Assembly (NCBI GenBank): GCA_963764625.1
Contig: CAVXTH010000006.1
Location: 64,001 to 128,000 of the forward strand
Direction: 5' to 3'
Source of the DNA: Candidatus Krumholzibacteriota bacterium
Lineage (GTDB): Bacteria; Krumholzibacteriota; Krumholzibacteriia; JAJRXK01
Length of the DNA stretch: 64,000 nt
A program made the translations under genes and the position numbers. Below the pieces are notes generated by a model. The model searched no databases. It worked only from the letters and a program-made list of their open reading frames with translations, and had not been told where the DNA came from. Below are positions 8,143-17,015 of the stretch, piece by piece; position 1 is the stretch's first letter, and every line of letters starts with the position of its first letter.

Positions 8143-9785
8143 GGGGTGGTCTCGGCAGCCGGCGATCGTTCTGGCTGGGTTGGGGCGCGGTGGCCCTGGC
8201 CGGTTTGAGTCTTTTCTTGATGCGGGCCCTCCTCAGCTCGACTCCTCTGAGCCTCCCCCTGGACGACGCGTACATCCACAGCGCCTTCGCCGCGCACCTG
8301 GCCCACGACCACGTCTGGGGACTCTTCGCCAAACTCAGCAGCGGTGGAGAGAGCTCTCCGCTTTGGCCCTGGCTTCTGGCGCCGGCCGAGCTGGGCCGCG
8401 TCCATGGTGCCCCGCGCCTGGCCCTGATCCTGGGCGCTCTTTCGTTTCTGGCGTTGCCGGGTTTGTGCTTCGGCCTGAGCGCGACGCGTACCCGCGGGCG
8501 TTGGCTCGCTTTGACCACCGCTCTCTGCGGGCCCCTTCTCTTTCTGGCGTTCTCGGGAATGGAATCTCTGCCCGCGCTGTGCTTGGGACTCGCCGCCCTC
8601 CATCGTCACCAACGCGGTGATGTTCGCGGAGCAGGACTGCTTGCCGCTGCCGCGGTCTTCCTGCGACCCGACGCCATTCTGCTTCTGGGCGCTCTCGCTC
8701 TCGCACACTTGGGGGCGAGCCCGGCCGTGGCGCAGAGCGAGGGATCGCCTTGGGTTCGCGCGCGAAGCCGCCGCTTGCTCGTCTTGGCACCGGGAGGACT
8801 CCTCTCGGTCGGGGCGTTTCTTCTGCTCTTCGCGCTCCAGGGCTTTCACGCGCCGACCACGCTGATCGGCCGGCGCTGGTTGATGGGAATTCCGGCCGAG
8901 CTGAACTGGAACACGCTTGGAGCGGGTGCCCCGCGTCTACTCGGAGATTGGTTGCACGCATTCGGGGCGGACTTTGGTCTGGGACGCGTGGTATTTGAGC
9001 ATCCGCACTCGCTCCTTTCGTTTCTCTTCTTGCTCTGGAAAGTCGCATTCGGCTTGAGCCTTCTGGCGGGTCTCTACGCGTGGGGTCGGCGGTGGAGAGA
9101 AGAACGCGGCGGCGCCGTGAGCGTGCTTCTGAGCTGGACGCTCTTGTCACTCGGGTTCTACGCCCTGGTTCTTCCCACCCGCGGGCACCTTGGCCGCTAT
9201 CAGCCTCAAGTCTACGTACTGCTCTTCTTCTTTGCGATCGAAGGGATCGCCGCGCTGCGGCGCGTACCGAAGACCGGCCGCGTGGCCGCGCTGGGGGCCG
9301 GTGTGCTCTTGCTCGCGGGACTGGGCGCCAGTACGGTGGAGCAGGGTGGGCTGTGGTGCTCAGCCATGCGCCATCTGCAATCGGTTCACGTGCGAGCCGC
9401 CACGGAGGTGAGCGCCATGCTCCCTTCTTCTTCGCACCTCGCGGTCTTCGACGTGGGTGCGGTCGCGTACCGAAGCGAGGCGTCGATGATCGATCTGAGC
9501 GGACTCTCCGATCCCCAGATCGCCCACGCTCTCCCCGATGCCCAAAGCGGCTCCATCGTGCGGATCCTGAAAGAGCGGGGGGCGACGCATCTGCTCTTGC
9601 CGGTGCTGAACGACGGCGCGCCCGACGGGCTGGATCGACGCCTGGGCCTGTGTGAGAACCACAGTCTCGAGCTCGTCGAGCTTCGGCGCTGGGCCAGCCC
9701 GATCGCGTCCTGGGGACCGGCCTTCGCCTACACCGGAAACGCGTTTCGGCAGCTCGTCCTCTACGAAATCAGCTGGGAGAGCTGA
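8139..9785 (+). CDS. polytopic membrane protein, GT-C-like glycosyltransferase
   Basis: DDAYI motif after TM1, SSPLW, SGME, RPDA, RY and DLSGL motifs; GTGA overlap with hemD stop. Confidence 0.65.
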   Translation: MRGGLGSRRSFWLGWGAVALAGLSLFLMRALLSSTPLSLPLDDAYIHSAFAAHLAHDHVWGLFAKLSSGGESSPLWPWLLAPAELGRVHGAPRLALILGALSFLALPGLCFGLSATRTRGRWLALTTALCGPLLFLAFSGMESLPALCLGLAALHRHQRGDVRGAGLLAAAAVFLRPDAILLLGALALAHLGASPAVAQSEGSPWVRARSRRLLVLAPGGLLSVGAFLLLFALQGFHAPTTLIGRRWLMGIPAELNWNTLGAGAPRLLGDWLHAFGADFGLGRVVFEHPHSLLSFLFLLWKVAFGLSLLAGLYAWGRRWREERGGAVSVLLSWTLLSLGFYALVLPTRGHLGRYQPQVYVLLFFFAIEGIAALRRVPKTGRVAALGAGVLLLAGLGASTVEQGGLWCSAMRHLQSVHVRAATEVSAMLPSSSHLAVFDVGAVAYRSEASMIDLSGLSDPQIAHALPDAQSGSIVRILKERGATHLLLPVLNDGAPDGLDRRLGLCENHSLELVELRRWASPIASWGPAFAYTGNAFRQLVLYEISWES

Positions 9786-9804
9786 GTTCGGGTCCCCGGG
9801 CGCG

Positions 9805-9833
9805 TTGGACAGCTTTGCTTCCCCCCGTATACT
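9805..9833 (+). promoter_or_regulatory. sigma70-type promoter for queE (probably leaderless transcript)
   Basis: TTGGAC-N17-TATACT, ending 7 nt before the ATG. Confidence 0.55.
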
Positions 9834-9840
9834 TTCCTCC

Positions 9841-10479
9841 ATGCGCATCAGCGAGATCTTCTACAGCATCCAGGGGGAAGGGAGCCGCCGCGGCCGCCCG
9901 TGTGCCTTCGTGCGTCTGACCGGCTGTCCGCTACGATGCCGCTGGTGCGACACCAGCTATGCCTTCGCGGGGGGCGACGAGCTTTCGATCGAGGAAATTC
10001 TCGGGGAGCTCGCGGCCTATCCCACCCGCCTGGTCTGCGTGACCGGGGGAGAACCCCTCGCGCAGGCGGAGGTCCACCCGCTCATGCGAAGTCTGTCGGA
10101 TGCCGGCTACACCGTCCTGTTGGAGACGAGCGGCGCGCTCGACCTCAGCGAAGTCGATCCCCGTGTGATCCGGATCATGGATTTGAAAGCGCCGGGTAGC
10201 GGAGAGGTGGAACGAAACCACTGGGCCAATCTGAACGAACTTGGTGAACAAGACGAGATCAAATTCGTTCTCGCCGACCGTCGTGACTACGAGTGGGCCC
10301 TTGAGATCATCGAGGGTCATCGACTCGACACGAAAGCTCCGGCCCTGCTCTTCAGCCCGGTGCACGGAGTCCTGGATCCCGCCCGGCTCGCGGCCTGGAT
10401 TCTGGAGGATGGGCTTGAAGTGATTCTGCAGGTGCAGCTGCACAAGCTTCTGTGGCCGAGTGTCACGAGGGGGGTTTGA
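9841..10479 (+). CDS. queE: 7-carboxy-7-deazaguanine synthase (radical SAM)
   Basis: EIFYSIQGEG, RLTGCPLRCRWCDT, TGGEP, QLHK. Confidence 0.95.
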   Translation: MRISEIFYSIQGEGSRRGRPCAFVRLTGCPLRCRWCDTSYAFAGGDELSIEEILGELAAYPTRLVCVTGGEPLAQAEVHPLMRSLSDAGYTVLLETSGALDLSEVDPRVIRIMDLKAPGSGEVERNHWANLNELGEQDEIKFVLADRRDYEWALEIIEGHRLDTKAPALLFSPVHGVLDPARLAAWILEDGLEVILQVQLHKLLWPSVTRGV

Positions 10480-10481
10480 TC

Positions 10482-11171
10482 GTGTCCCGCGCCGTAGTCT
10501 GTCTCAGTGGAGGCCTCGATTCGTGCGTTACTCTGGCCACCGCGCTGAGGGAGCACGACGAGATCGCGGCCCTGCATTTCAGTTACGGCCAGCGCACTCA
10601 GGAGCGCGAGCATCGAGCTTTCGAGGAGATCTGTCAGCATTATAGAGTTCAGCGGCGCCTGCGCGCGAAGCAGCCGGCCCTGGCCCAGATCGGAGGCTCC
10701 GCGCTGACCGACCGCACCCTGGAGATTCCCGGCGACGCGCCGGAATCCGCGCCAGCTCCCAAGGAAGACGAAGTGCCCATCACCTACGTTCCCTTCCGCA
10801 ACGGTCAGATTCTCGCGCTGGCCAGCGCCTGGGCCGAGACCCTGGGGGCCCGGGCGGTGTATCTGGGAGCAGTGGAAGAGGATTCCTCGGGGTATCCGGA
10901 CTGCCGCGAGGCGTTCTTCACCGCCTTCGCGAGCGCGGTCGAGGCCGGAACGCGCCCCGGCACCCACATCCAGATCGCTACCCCCTTGCTGCACTTGCGC
11001 AAAGGCGAGATCGTCAAGCGGGGTCTGCAGCTGGGGGCGCCGCTGCACTTGAGCTGGTCCTGCTATTCCAATTCGCGAAAGGCCTGTGGCCGCTGCGAGA
11101 GCTGCCGCCTGCGACTCAAGGGCTTCGCCGAGGCGGATGCCGTCGATCCTATCCCGTACGAGACGCGCTAG
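10482..11171 (+). CDS. queC: 7-cyano-7-deazaguanine synthase
   Basis: SGGLDS, TYVPFRN, GYPDCR, SCY..CGRCESC. Confidence 0.97.
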   Translation: MSRAVVCLSGGLDSCVTLATALREHDEIAALHFSYGQRTQEREHRAFEEICQHYRVQRRLRAKQPALAQIGGSALTDRTLEIPGDAPESAPAPKEDEVPITYVPFRNGQILALASAWAETLGARAVYLGAVEEDSSGYPDCREAFFTAFASAVEAGTRPGTHIQIATPLLHLRKGEIVKRGLQLGAPLHLSWSCYSNSRKACGRCESCRLRLKGFAEADAVDPIPYETR

Positions 11172-12066
11172 GTGGATTTACTTCGTACTTGGAGAAGTCG
11201 TGATTGGCGTAGGCGTCGCAGCGTGAGCAGAGCAGAAGCAGCTCGCGCCGGCCGTCGTTGAGGAGTTCTCGCACCGCGTCGTATTGCGGGGATTTCCAGA
11301 TCTCCATGACCGAATGGGTGGTGACGTCGCCGATCACTCCTCTCTCGGACGGATCCCAACAACAGAGGGTGGCCTGCCCGTCGCTGTAGAAGTACATGGC
11401 ATCGGTCATCTTCCAACAGGGTTTGCGGACGCAGCTCTCTTGGCCTTGCCACGGCCATTGATAGAGTTCGGTGATGAGGACCTCCGAACAGAGAGGCTCC
11501 CAGTAGGCGCGGAATGCGGCGTGCTCGTGGCGATTCTCCGGCATGTCGATCATGCGCACTTCGGTTCGGCAACTGTCTTCGTATCCGCCCTCGCGCCAGA
11601 TCTGAAGGAAGCGGGTCGTGCGCTCCTTCACTCGCTCGTAGTCCAGTCCCACGCGACTCGGGGCGTAGACCTCGGGGCTGAACCCATCGATCGAGAAGCG
11701 CATGACGTCGACACCGAGATCTAGGATTTCCCGGTCGAGTTCGTCGTTCAGCAGGCTGGCGTTGGTGTTGAATTCGATCTTCGCCGTGGGGTCCTTGCGG
11801 ATGTAGCGCATGATCTCGGGCATGCGTTTGTCGACGAAGGGTTCGTTGATGAGGAAGGGCCGGTACACCATTCCCATTCCCCGTGTCTCGTCGATGATCT
11901 TCTTCCAGACCCAATCGTGCATCTTGGCTGGCTCGCGCTGCACTTCGTGTTGGGGACAGAACGGACACTTGGCGTTGCAGACGATCACCGTCTCCATTTG
12001 GATGAAGCGCGGCGCCTCGGCGTAGGGCATGCGCCAGCGGGTGGAAGATTGGGTCTTTGGGGTCAT
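11149..12066 (-). CDS. radical SAM protein with SPASM/twitch domain
   Basis: CNAKCPFC motif; C-terminal PC...DGQATLCC.D...IG...CSRC. Confidence 0.9.
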   Translation of the reverse strand: MTPKTQSSTRWRMPYAEAPRFIQMETVIVCNAKCPFCPQHEVQREPAKMHDWVWKKIIDETRGMGMVYRPFLINEPFVDKRMPEIMRYIRKDPTAKIEFNTNASLLNDELDREILDLGVDVMRFSIDGFSPEVYAPSRVGLDYERVKERTTRFLQIWREGGYEDSCRTEVRMIDMPENRHEHAAFRAYWEPLCSEVLITELYQWPWQGQESCVRKPCWKMTDAMYFYSDGQATLCCWDPSERGVIGDVTTHSVMEIWKSPQYDAVRELLNDGRRELLLLCSRCDAYANHDFSKYEVNPPSASRTG

Positions 12067-12201
12067 CGCCCTTGCCTCGCTCCTGACGATCGTGAAGGAA
12101 ATTGGGTTCCAGCGGAGGAATGGTCCAAAGCGCAGGATCCATTCAAGAGCACGGAGGGCGCGAGCGCAAGGACCACGACCAATTTTCTCGAGGGGCTTGT
12201 G

Positions 12202-13581
12202 TCAAGCGCCGGGCGTAAATTCGCGAAACACTGCCTCACGAAGCAGGGCCACGCTGGCTTCGGTCGCGCCGCTCTGGGCCAGCACGAAATCGCGCGCGCT
12301 TTCTCCCGCGCGGATTCTGGCCTCTTCGTCGCCCAGCAACTGGTTCAGAACCCGCTGCGCGTCCCGGGGTGTCTTCAACACGTGGCCGGCGCCACGCTCC
12401 ACCAGGCGCTCCGCTTCGTAGGCATTGTGGATACGCGGGCCGAAGAGAACCGGCTGACCACACACCGCGGGCTCGAGCACGTTGTGCACTCCGGTGGAGA
12501 AACTCCCTCCCACGTAGGAGAGAATGGTCGAACGGTAGATGTCGGCCAGGACTCCGACCGCGTCCACCACGATACACCGCCAACGCTTTGGGTCGCGGGC
12601 TGCGGTGGTGGAGCGGCGCTGGTGGCTGCTCAGCTCGATGAGCTGGCTCAAGCGGCTGGGATTCAAGTTGGCCGCAAGTACCGCGCTCTCCAATTGTTCG
12701 AGGTGCTCGGGGGTCGGTTCGTGGGGGACGAGGATGGCTCCCAAACTCTCGTCTCTTTGCAGTTGCTCCAGAACCGGGGAGAGGATGCAGGGAAGGTCGG
12801 CCGGCCAGACGCTTCCCAAGGCCAGGTAACGGTACTCGCTCGCCGCGAGGAGCTTGGAAAGAGGTCCTCCTTCCGATTGGCGATAGCGGTGCACCACCTG
12901 ATCGGTGCGGGTGTCGCCCGTGACCTGAATCGGCGCTGTCGTCTTCAACTGTCGGCTGAATCGGTCTGCGTCGTCCTGGCTGATGGCTCCAATCGCATCG
13001 AAGCAATCGAATAGGCGGCCGTAGAATCTCCTCGCCACGGTTCCCAGTCGATAGCTCTTGCGGTGCAGGGTGGCGTCCAGGAGAAAGAGGGGAACGCCAC
13101 GGCGTCGTGCCGCCCAGATCAGGTTGGGCCAGCAGTCGAATTTCACGAAGATCAGCGCGCGAGGGCGAAGGATGTCCACGATCCGCCAGGCGGCGAGCCA
13201 GTTGTCCAGGGGCAGGTATTCGAGCTGGTCGAAGTCCTCGTGCCCCAGCGCAAAATTGTAGCCTGAAGGTGAGAACACGCTGACGAACACCGGAATGTCC
13301 CGACCACGCTCTCGGGCCTCTTCCCTCAGCGCCCGCAAGATGGGACGGGCCTGCTCGTATTCTCCCACGCTGCTCGCGTGGAACCACACCGCGCCGCGCA
13401 AGCGGGCCTTGACCGCTTCCAGACGCCGCCACAGACCCCGACGCCCGCGCTCGCCCTCACGCGCTTTCTCGTTCGAGAAACGCGAAAGGTGGAATCCGGC
13501 GGTGATGACCGGGGCCGCGATGGCGTTGTACAGGCAAAACCATCCGGGAGAGATTCCCTTCGGTGCTGGGTCAGTTTTCAT
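12202..13581 (-). CDS. waaA: 3-deoxy-D-manno-octulosonic acid (Kdo) transferase
   Basis: WFHASSVGE, YLPLD, GDTR.D, YVGGSF..GVHNVLEPA; ATGA overlap with the upstream GT9 gene. Confidence 0.92.
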   Translation of the reverse strand: MKTDPAPKGISPGWFCLYNAIAAPVITAGFHLSRFSNEKAREGERGRRGLWRRLEAVKARLRGAVWFHASSVGEYEQARPILRALREEARERGRDIPVFVSVFSPSGYNFALGHEDFDQLEYLPLDNWLAAWRIVDILRPRALIFVKFDCWPNLIWAARRRGVPLFLLDATLHRKSYRLGTVARRFYGRLFDCFDAIGAISQDDADRFSRQLKTTAPIQVTGDTRTDQVVHRYRQSEGGPLSKLLAASEYRYLALGSVWPADLPCILSPVLEQLQRDESLGAILVPHEPTPEHLEQLESAVLAANLNPSRLSQLIELSSHQRRSTTAARDPKRWRCIVVDAVGVLADIYRSTILSYVGGSFSTGVHNVLEPAVCGQPVLFGPRIHNAYEAERLVERGAGHVLKTPRDAQRVLNQLLGDEEARIRAGESARDFVLAQSGATEASVALLREAVFREFTPGA

Positions 13582-14570
13582 GTCCAGTTCTCCTCCAACA
13601 CCTTGATCACGCGCTCGGCGCTGCTGTTCAACAGGCAAAGCTGTTCCACCAGGTGACAGGGACGAGCGCCGTTGCGCGAGCACGGCCGGCAGGGGAGCTC
13701 GTTCTGCACCACTCTGCTGCGAGGATCTAGGGGGAAGTATCCCAGCTCGTGGCTGGTGGGACCAAAGATGGCCAACACCGGGGTTCCCGCCGCTTCGCTC
13801 AGGTGCATGAGGCCACTGTCGTTGCACAGGAGCACTCGACAACGCGCGAGAAGCGCGGCGAGTCCCCGCAGCTCGAGCTCCCCTGCGCTGAGGTAGGGTT
13901 TGCGCGGCAGCTCAGAGCCTAGCCTTTCGCAGAGTTCACGTTCGTCGTGGCTGCCGACGAGTGCCACTTCCCCCCCGTGCACGCGTTGCCAATGCGCCGC
14001 CACTTCGGTGAAGCGCTCCAGAGGCCACTGCTTCGTCGCGTGTCGCGAACCAGGAGCCACGGCCAGGATGGGAGCGTTTCCTTCGTTTACGATCGTGGCC
14101 GCGGCGGCACGGTCCTTCTCTCGAATCTGCAAGCGAGGGCGCACGCTCTGGCCTTCGGCTCCCGCCAGCGCGAGGTAGCGGTCGACCTGGTGGCGGCCCA
14201 GAGGGGCGGTGACGATGCCCGTCTTGAGGAACAACAAGCGCGAGGCGGTGTCCTTGGCGATGCGCTTCACCCTGGTGCCCATCAGGGCGAGACAGAGAAG
14301 CCGGCTGCGCAGGCTCCCGTGGGCATCGAGGATGAGATCGAACTTCTCCGCCCGGAGCTGGCGCGCGAGCTGACGCAGCCCACCGGACTCGGGGCTCAGG
14401 CAGAGCAGACGATCGATCCGCGCGTCGTCCTCGAAGAGTGGCGCGTACGCAGACTTGGTCACCAGCCAGAGTTCGGCCTCGGGCCGACGGGCACGCAGCT
14501 CCTCCACGAGGGCGCCGAGCAGCACCACATCGCCCAGAGAGCTGAAGCGGAGAATGAGGATTCGTTGCAT
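13578..14570 (-). CDS. waaF: GT9 ADP-heptose:LPS heptosyltransferase
   Basis: RFSSLGDVVL, KQWP, NDSGLMH, FGPT, CRPC. Confidence 0.85.
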   Translation of the reverse strand: MQRILILRFSSLGDVVLLGALVEELRARRPEAELWLVTKSAYAPLFEDDARIDRLLCLSPESGGLRQLARQLRAEKFDLILDAHGSLRSRLLCLALMGTRVKRIAKDTASRLLFLKTGIVTAPLGRHQVDRYLALAGAEGQSVRPRLQIREKDRAAAATIVNEGNAPILAVAPGSRHATKQWPLERFTEVAAHWQRVHGGEVALVGSHDERELCERLGSELPRKPYLSAGELELRGLAALLARCRVLLCNDSGLMHLSEAAGTPVLAIFGPTSHELGYFPLDPRSRVVQNELPCRPCSRNGARPCHLVEQLCLLNSSAERVIKVLEENWT

Positions 14571-14693
14571 CGTAGGGTTTCGGGGTGATCTCGCCGCGAT
14601 TCGGGCAGGGTAGGCAGTACCCGCGCGAGTGTCAACGTAACGCCTGCCTCCGCATGCCGTGCCTGGTGCTTGTAGAGCACGCGTGGTCCGTCT

Positions 14694-16001
14694 ATGCTGC
14701 CCCGGTTCAGGCCTTTGCGTATGCCGTGGCTCGGCGCTTTCCCGGGGTCTTCACACTTGCCCTCTTTCGTGCTCACCGACTTTCTCCCCCTGCTCGGTCT
14801 CTTGGGCCTCTCTGCTCTATTCAGCGGAGCGGAAACGGCCATCTTCAGCTTGCAAGAGATGGAATTGGACGAGATGGGGCAGTTGAAAGGCGCCCCGCGA
14901 GTGGCGGCATCCTTGGCCCGGCGTCCAAACCGCACGCTCATTACCCTGCTTCTCTCCAACATGGTGGTCAACGTGCTGCTGGCCACTCTCGCCACCGCGA
15001 CCGCTCTGCGAGCCATGGGTCCGATCGGATTGACGATCGCCATCCCCGTCGTCACCGTGGTGCTCCTGCTCTTGGGGGAGATCGTTCCCAAGACCATCGG
15101 ACTGCGAAGCAGCCGGCGCCTCGCCACCTCGGTCGCTCCGGTAATCGAGGTCTTGGCGCGTATCCTCTATCCGGTGCGGGTTCTGTTGGAACTCGTCACC
15201 TCGCGCTTCGGGGCTTCCAAACCCCCTTCGCGACTCACTCGTTCCGAGCTCTCCACCCTCTTGAGGATCGCCGGAGAGGAGGGCCTCTTCTCCTCCTTCG
15301 AGACCAAGGTGCTCTCGAGCGCGCTGCGACTCGGCGACACGCCCGTCGACCGGCTTCTACGACCTCGAGTCGAGGTGGTAGGAGTAGAGCGCAGCGCCAC
15401 CGTGGCCCAGGCGGTAGAGATCTTCGAGAAGAATGGTTTCAGCCGTCTCCCGGTATACGAGGACACCCTCGATCACGTGGTGGGAGTTCTTTACTTGAAG
15501 GACATCGTGACCGCACCACAACTGGCGCCAACCAGCAGTGTCGAGGACTTCATGCACGAGCCATTCTTCGTTCCCCAGAGCAAGCCGGCCGACGAGCTGT
15601 TCTCCGAATTCCAGTCGCTTCGGGTTCACTTTGCGGTGGTGGTGGGAGAGCACGGGGGAATGGAAGGCGTCGTCACCATGGAAGATTTGGCCGAGGAGCT
15701 GGTGGGGCAGATCAGGGACGAGAGCGACATCGAGAAAGTTCGCCTGGAAATCCTGGCTCACGACACATGGCGTGTCGATGCCGGAATCGAATTGGATGAG
15801 CTGGGAGAGGCGCTTGGCCACCCCATCGGCAAGGGACTCGACGCGGTCACTCTCGCCGGGCTATTGGGCGAAGCCCTGGGCAGAGTCCCTCAGGCGGGCG
15901 ACTTTCTGGAACGCGGCGGTTTCAGCTACCGGGTGCTCACCGCGCGTCCAAACCGGCCTCTCTTGGTGCGGGTGACCCGCAGTGGGAAGCGTGCACGATG
16001 A
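14694..16001 (+). CDS. hemolysin/CNNM family protein (DUF21-CBS-CorC); true start may lie slightly downstream
   Basis: FSGAETA, GEIVPK, FSRLPVY, EDLAEELVGQI. Confidence 0.9.
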   Translation: MLPRFRPLRMPWLGAFPGSSHLPSFVLTDFLPLLGLLGLSALFSGAETAIFSLQEMELDEMGQLKGAPRVAASLARRPNRTLITLLLSNMVVNVLLATLATATALRAMGPIGLTIAIPVVTVVLLLLGEIVPKTIGLRSSRRLATSVAPVIEVLARILYPVRVLLELVTSRFGASKPPSRLTRSELSTLLRIAGEEGLFSSFETKVLSSALRLGDTPVDRLLRPRVEVVGVERSATVAQAVEIFEKNGFSRLPVYEDTLDHVVGVLYLKDIVTAPQLAPTSSVEDFMHEPFFVPQSKPADELFSEFQSLRVHFAVVVGEHGGMEGVVTMEDLAEELVGQIRDESDIEKVRLEILAHDTWRVDAGIELDELGEALGHPIGKGLDAVTLAGLLGEALGRVPQAGDFLERGGFSYRVLTARPNRPLLVRVTRSGKRAR

Positions 16002-17011
16002 GCTGGGGCGTGAGTTGGATCTGGATGCTCGTGAGCGTAGCGGTGAACGGATTCTTCGCCGGTAGCGAGACCGCGTACACTACTGCCTCGCGCGTACGGG
16101 TTCTGGATCGCGCGCAGCGGGGACAGCGCGGGGGCGATCTCGCGGTGCGCCTGCTCAAGGATCGGGAGAGCGTCATCATCACCGCGCTCATCGCGAACAA
16201 CCTGGCGGTGGTGGTGGGTTCGGCCATCGCCGCCTCGGCATTCTTGGTCCGATTCGGGCCGCGGGGAGAAATCCTCGCGGCGACGACCATGGCCGCGCTC
16301 AACATCGTGTTCGGCGAGATCCTTCCCAAGTCCTACTTCCGTGCGCACGCGGAAACCGCCTGCTTGAAGGCCGCACCGCTCATTCTTTTCGCCGAGCGCA
16401 TACTCGCGCCAGTGCGACGGGCGAGTTCGATCCTCTCGCGGGGCATCCTGTGGATCCTCCGCATGCATCAGCTGCAGGCAGAGTTGACGCTCTCCCGCGA
16501 ACGGGTGCTGCGGACCTTCCAGAAGTCGGCCGCCCACGACGAGATCGACGAAGAGGAGAGGCGCTTCCTGAGCCGGACTATTGCGTCCTCCCGCACTCCT
16601 CTTGCGGCCCTTTGCGTTCCGGTCGAAAGGCTGCGTTGGCTGGCCGAAGACGCGAGCGTTGGGCAGGCCCTGGATCTGGTGCGGCGGCAGGGTCACAGTC
16701 GCTTGCCGGTGCGCGACGAGCAGGGAGGCGTACTGGGAATCGTGTTGTTCAAGGATCTTCTGCATCGGGCCGAGGGCGAACCCATTCTGCCATTGGTGCG
16801 GGAGGTCCTGCGTCTCGATGGGCGCATGCGCCTGGACGAGGGTATCATGGCCTTTACCAACTCCCGGGAGAGTCTCGGTGTGGTGATGGGAGATCAGGGT
16901 GAAGCGAAGGGCATCCTCACCCTCGAGGACCTACTCGAGCCGCTCGTGGGTGACATCGCCGATGAACACGATCCTCCGCCTGAACGCGGGTTCGAACTTG
17001 AGAGTGCGTAG
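15998..17011 (+). CDS. second CNNM family protein (DUF21-CBS, no CorC domain)
   Basis: FAGSETA, GEILPK, HSRLPV, EDLLEPLVGDIADEHD. Confidence 0.88.
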   Translation: MSWGVSWIWMLVSVAVNGFFAGSETAYTTASRVRVLDRAQRGQRGGDLAVRLLKDRESVIITALIANNLAVVVGSAIAASAFLVRFGPRGEILAATTMAALNIVFGEILPKSYFRAHAETACLKAAPLILFAERILAPVRRASSILSRGILWILRMHQLQAELTLSRERVLRTFQKSAAHDEIDEEERRFLSRTIASSRTPLAALCVPVERLRWLAEDASVGQALDLVRRQGHSRLPVRDEQGGVLGIVLFKDLLHRAEGEPILPLVREVLRLDGRMRLDEGIMAFTNSRESLGVVMGDQGEAKGILTLEDLLEPLVGDIADEHDPPPERGFELESA

Positions 17012-17015
17012 ACCC

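Noticed and set aside
9841-11171. queE-queC as a DNA 7-deazaguanine (dpd) modification system
   Set aside because: No dpdA/tgt-like or restriction genes nearby; consistent with ordinary queuosine synthesis
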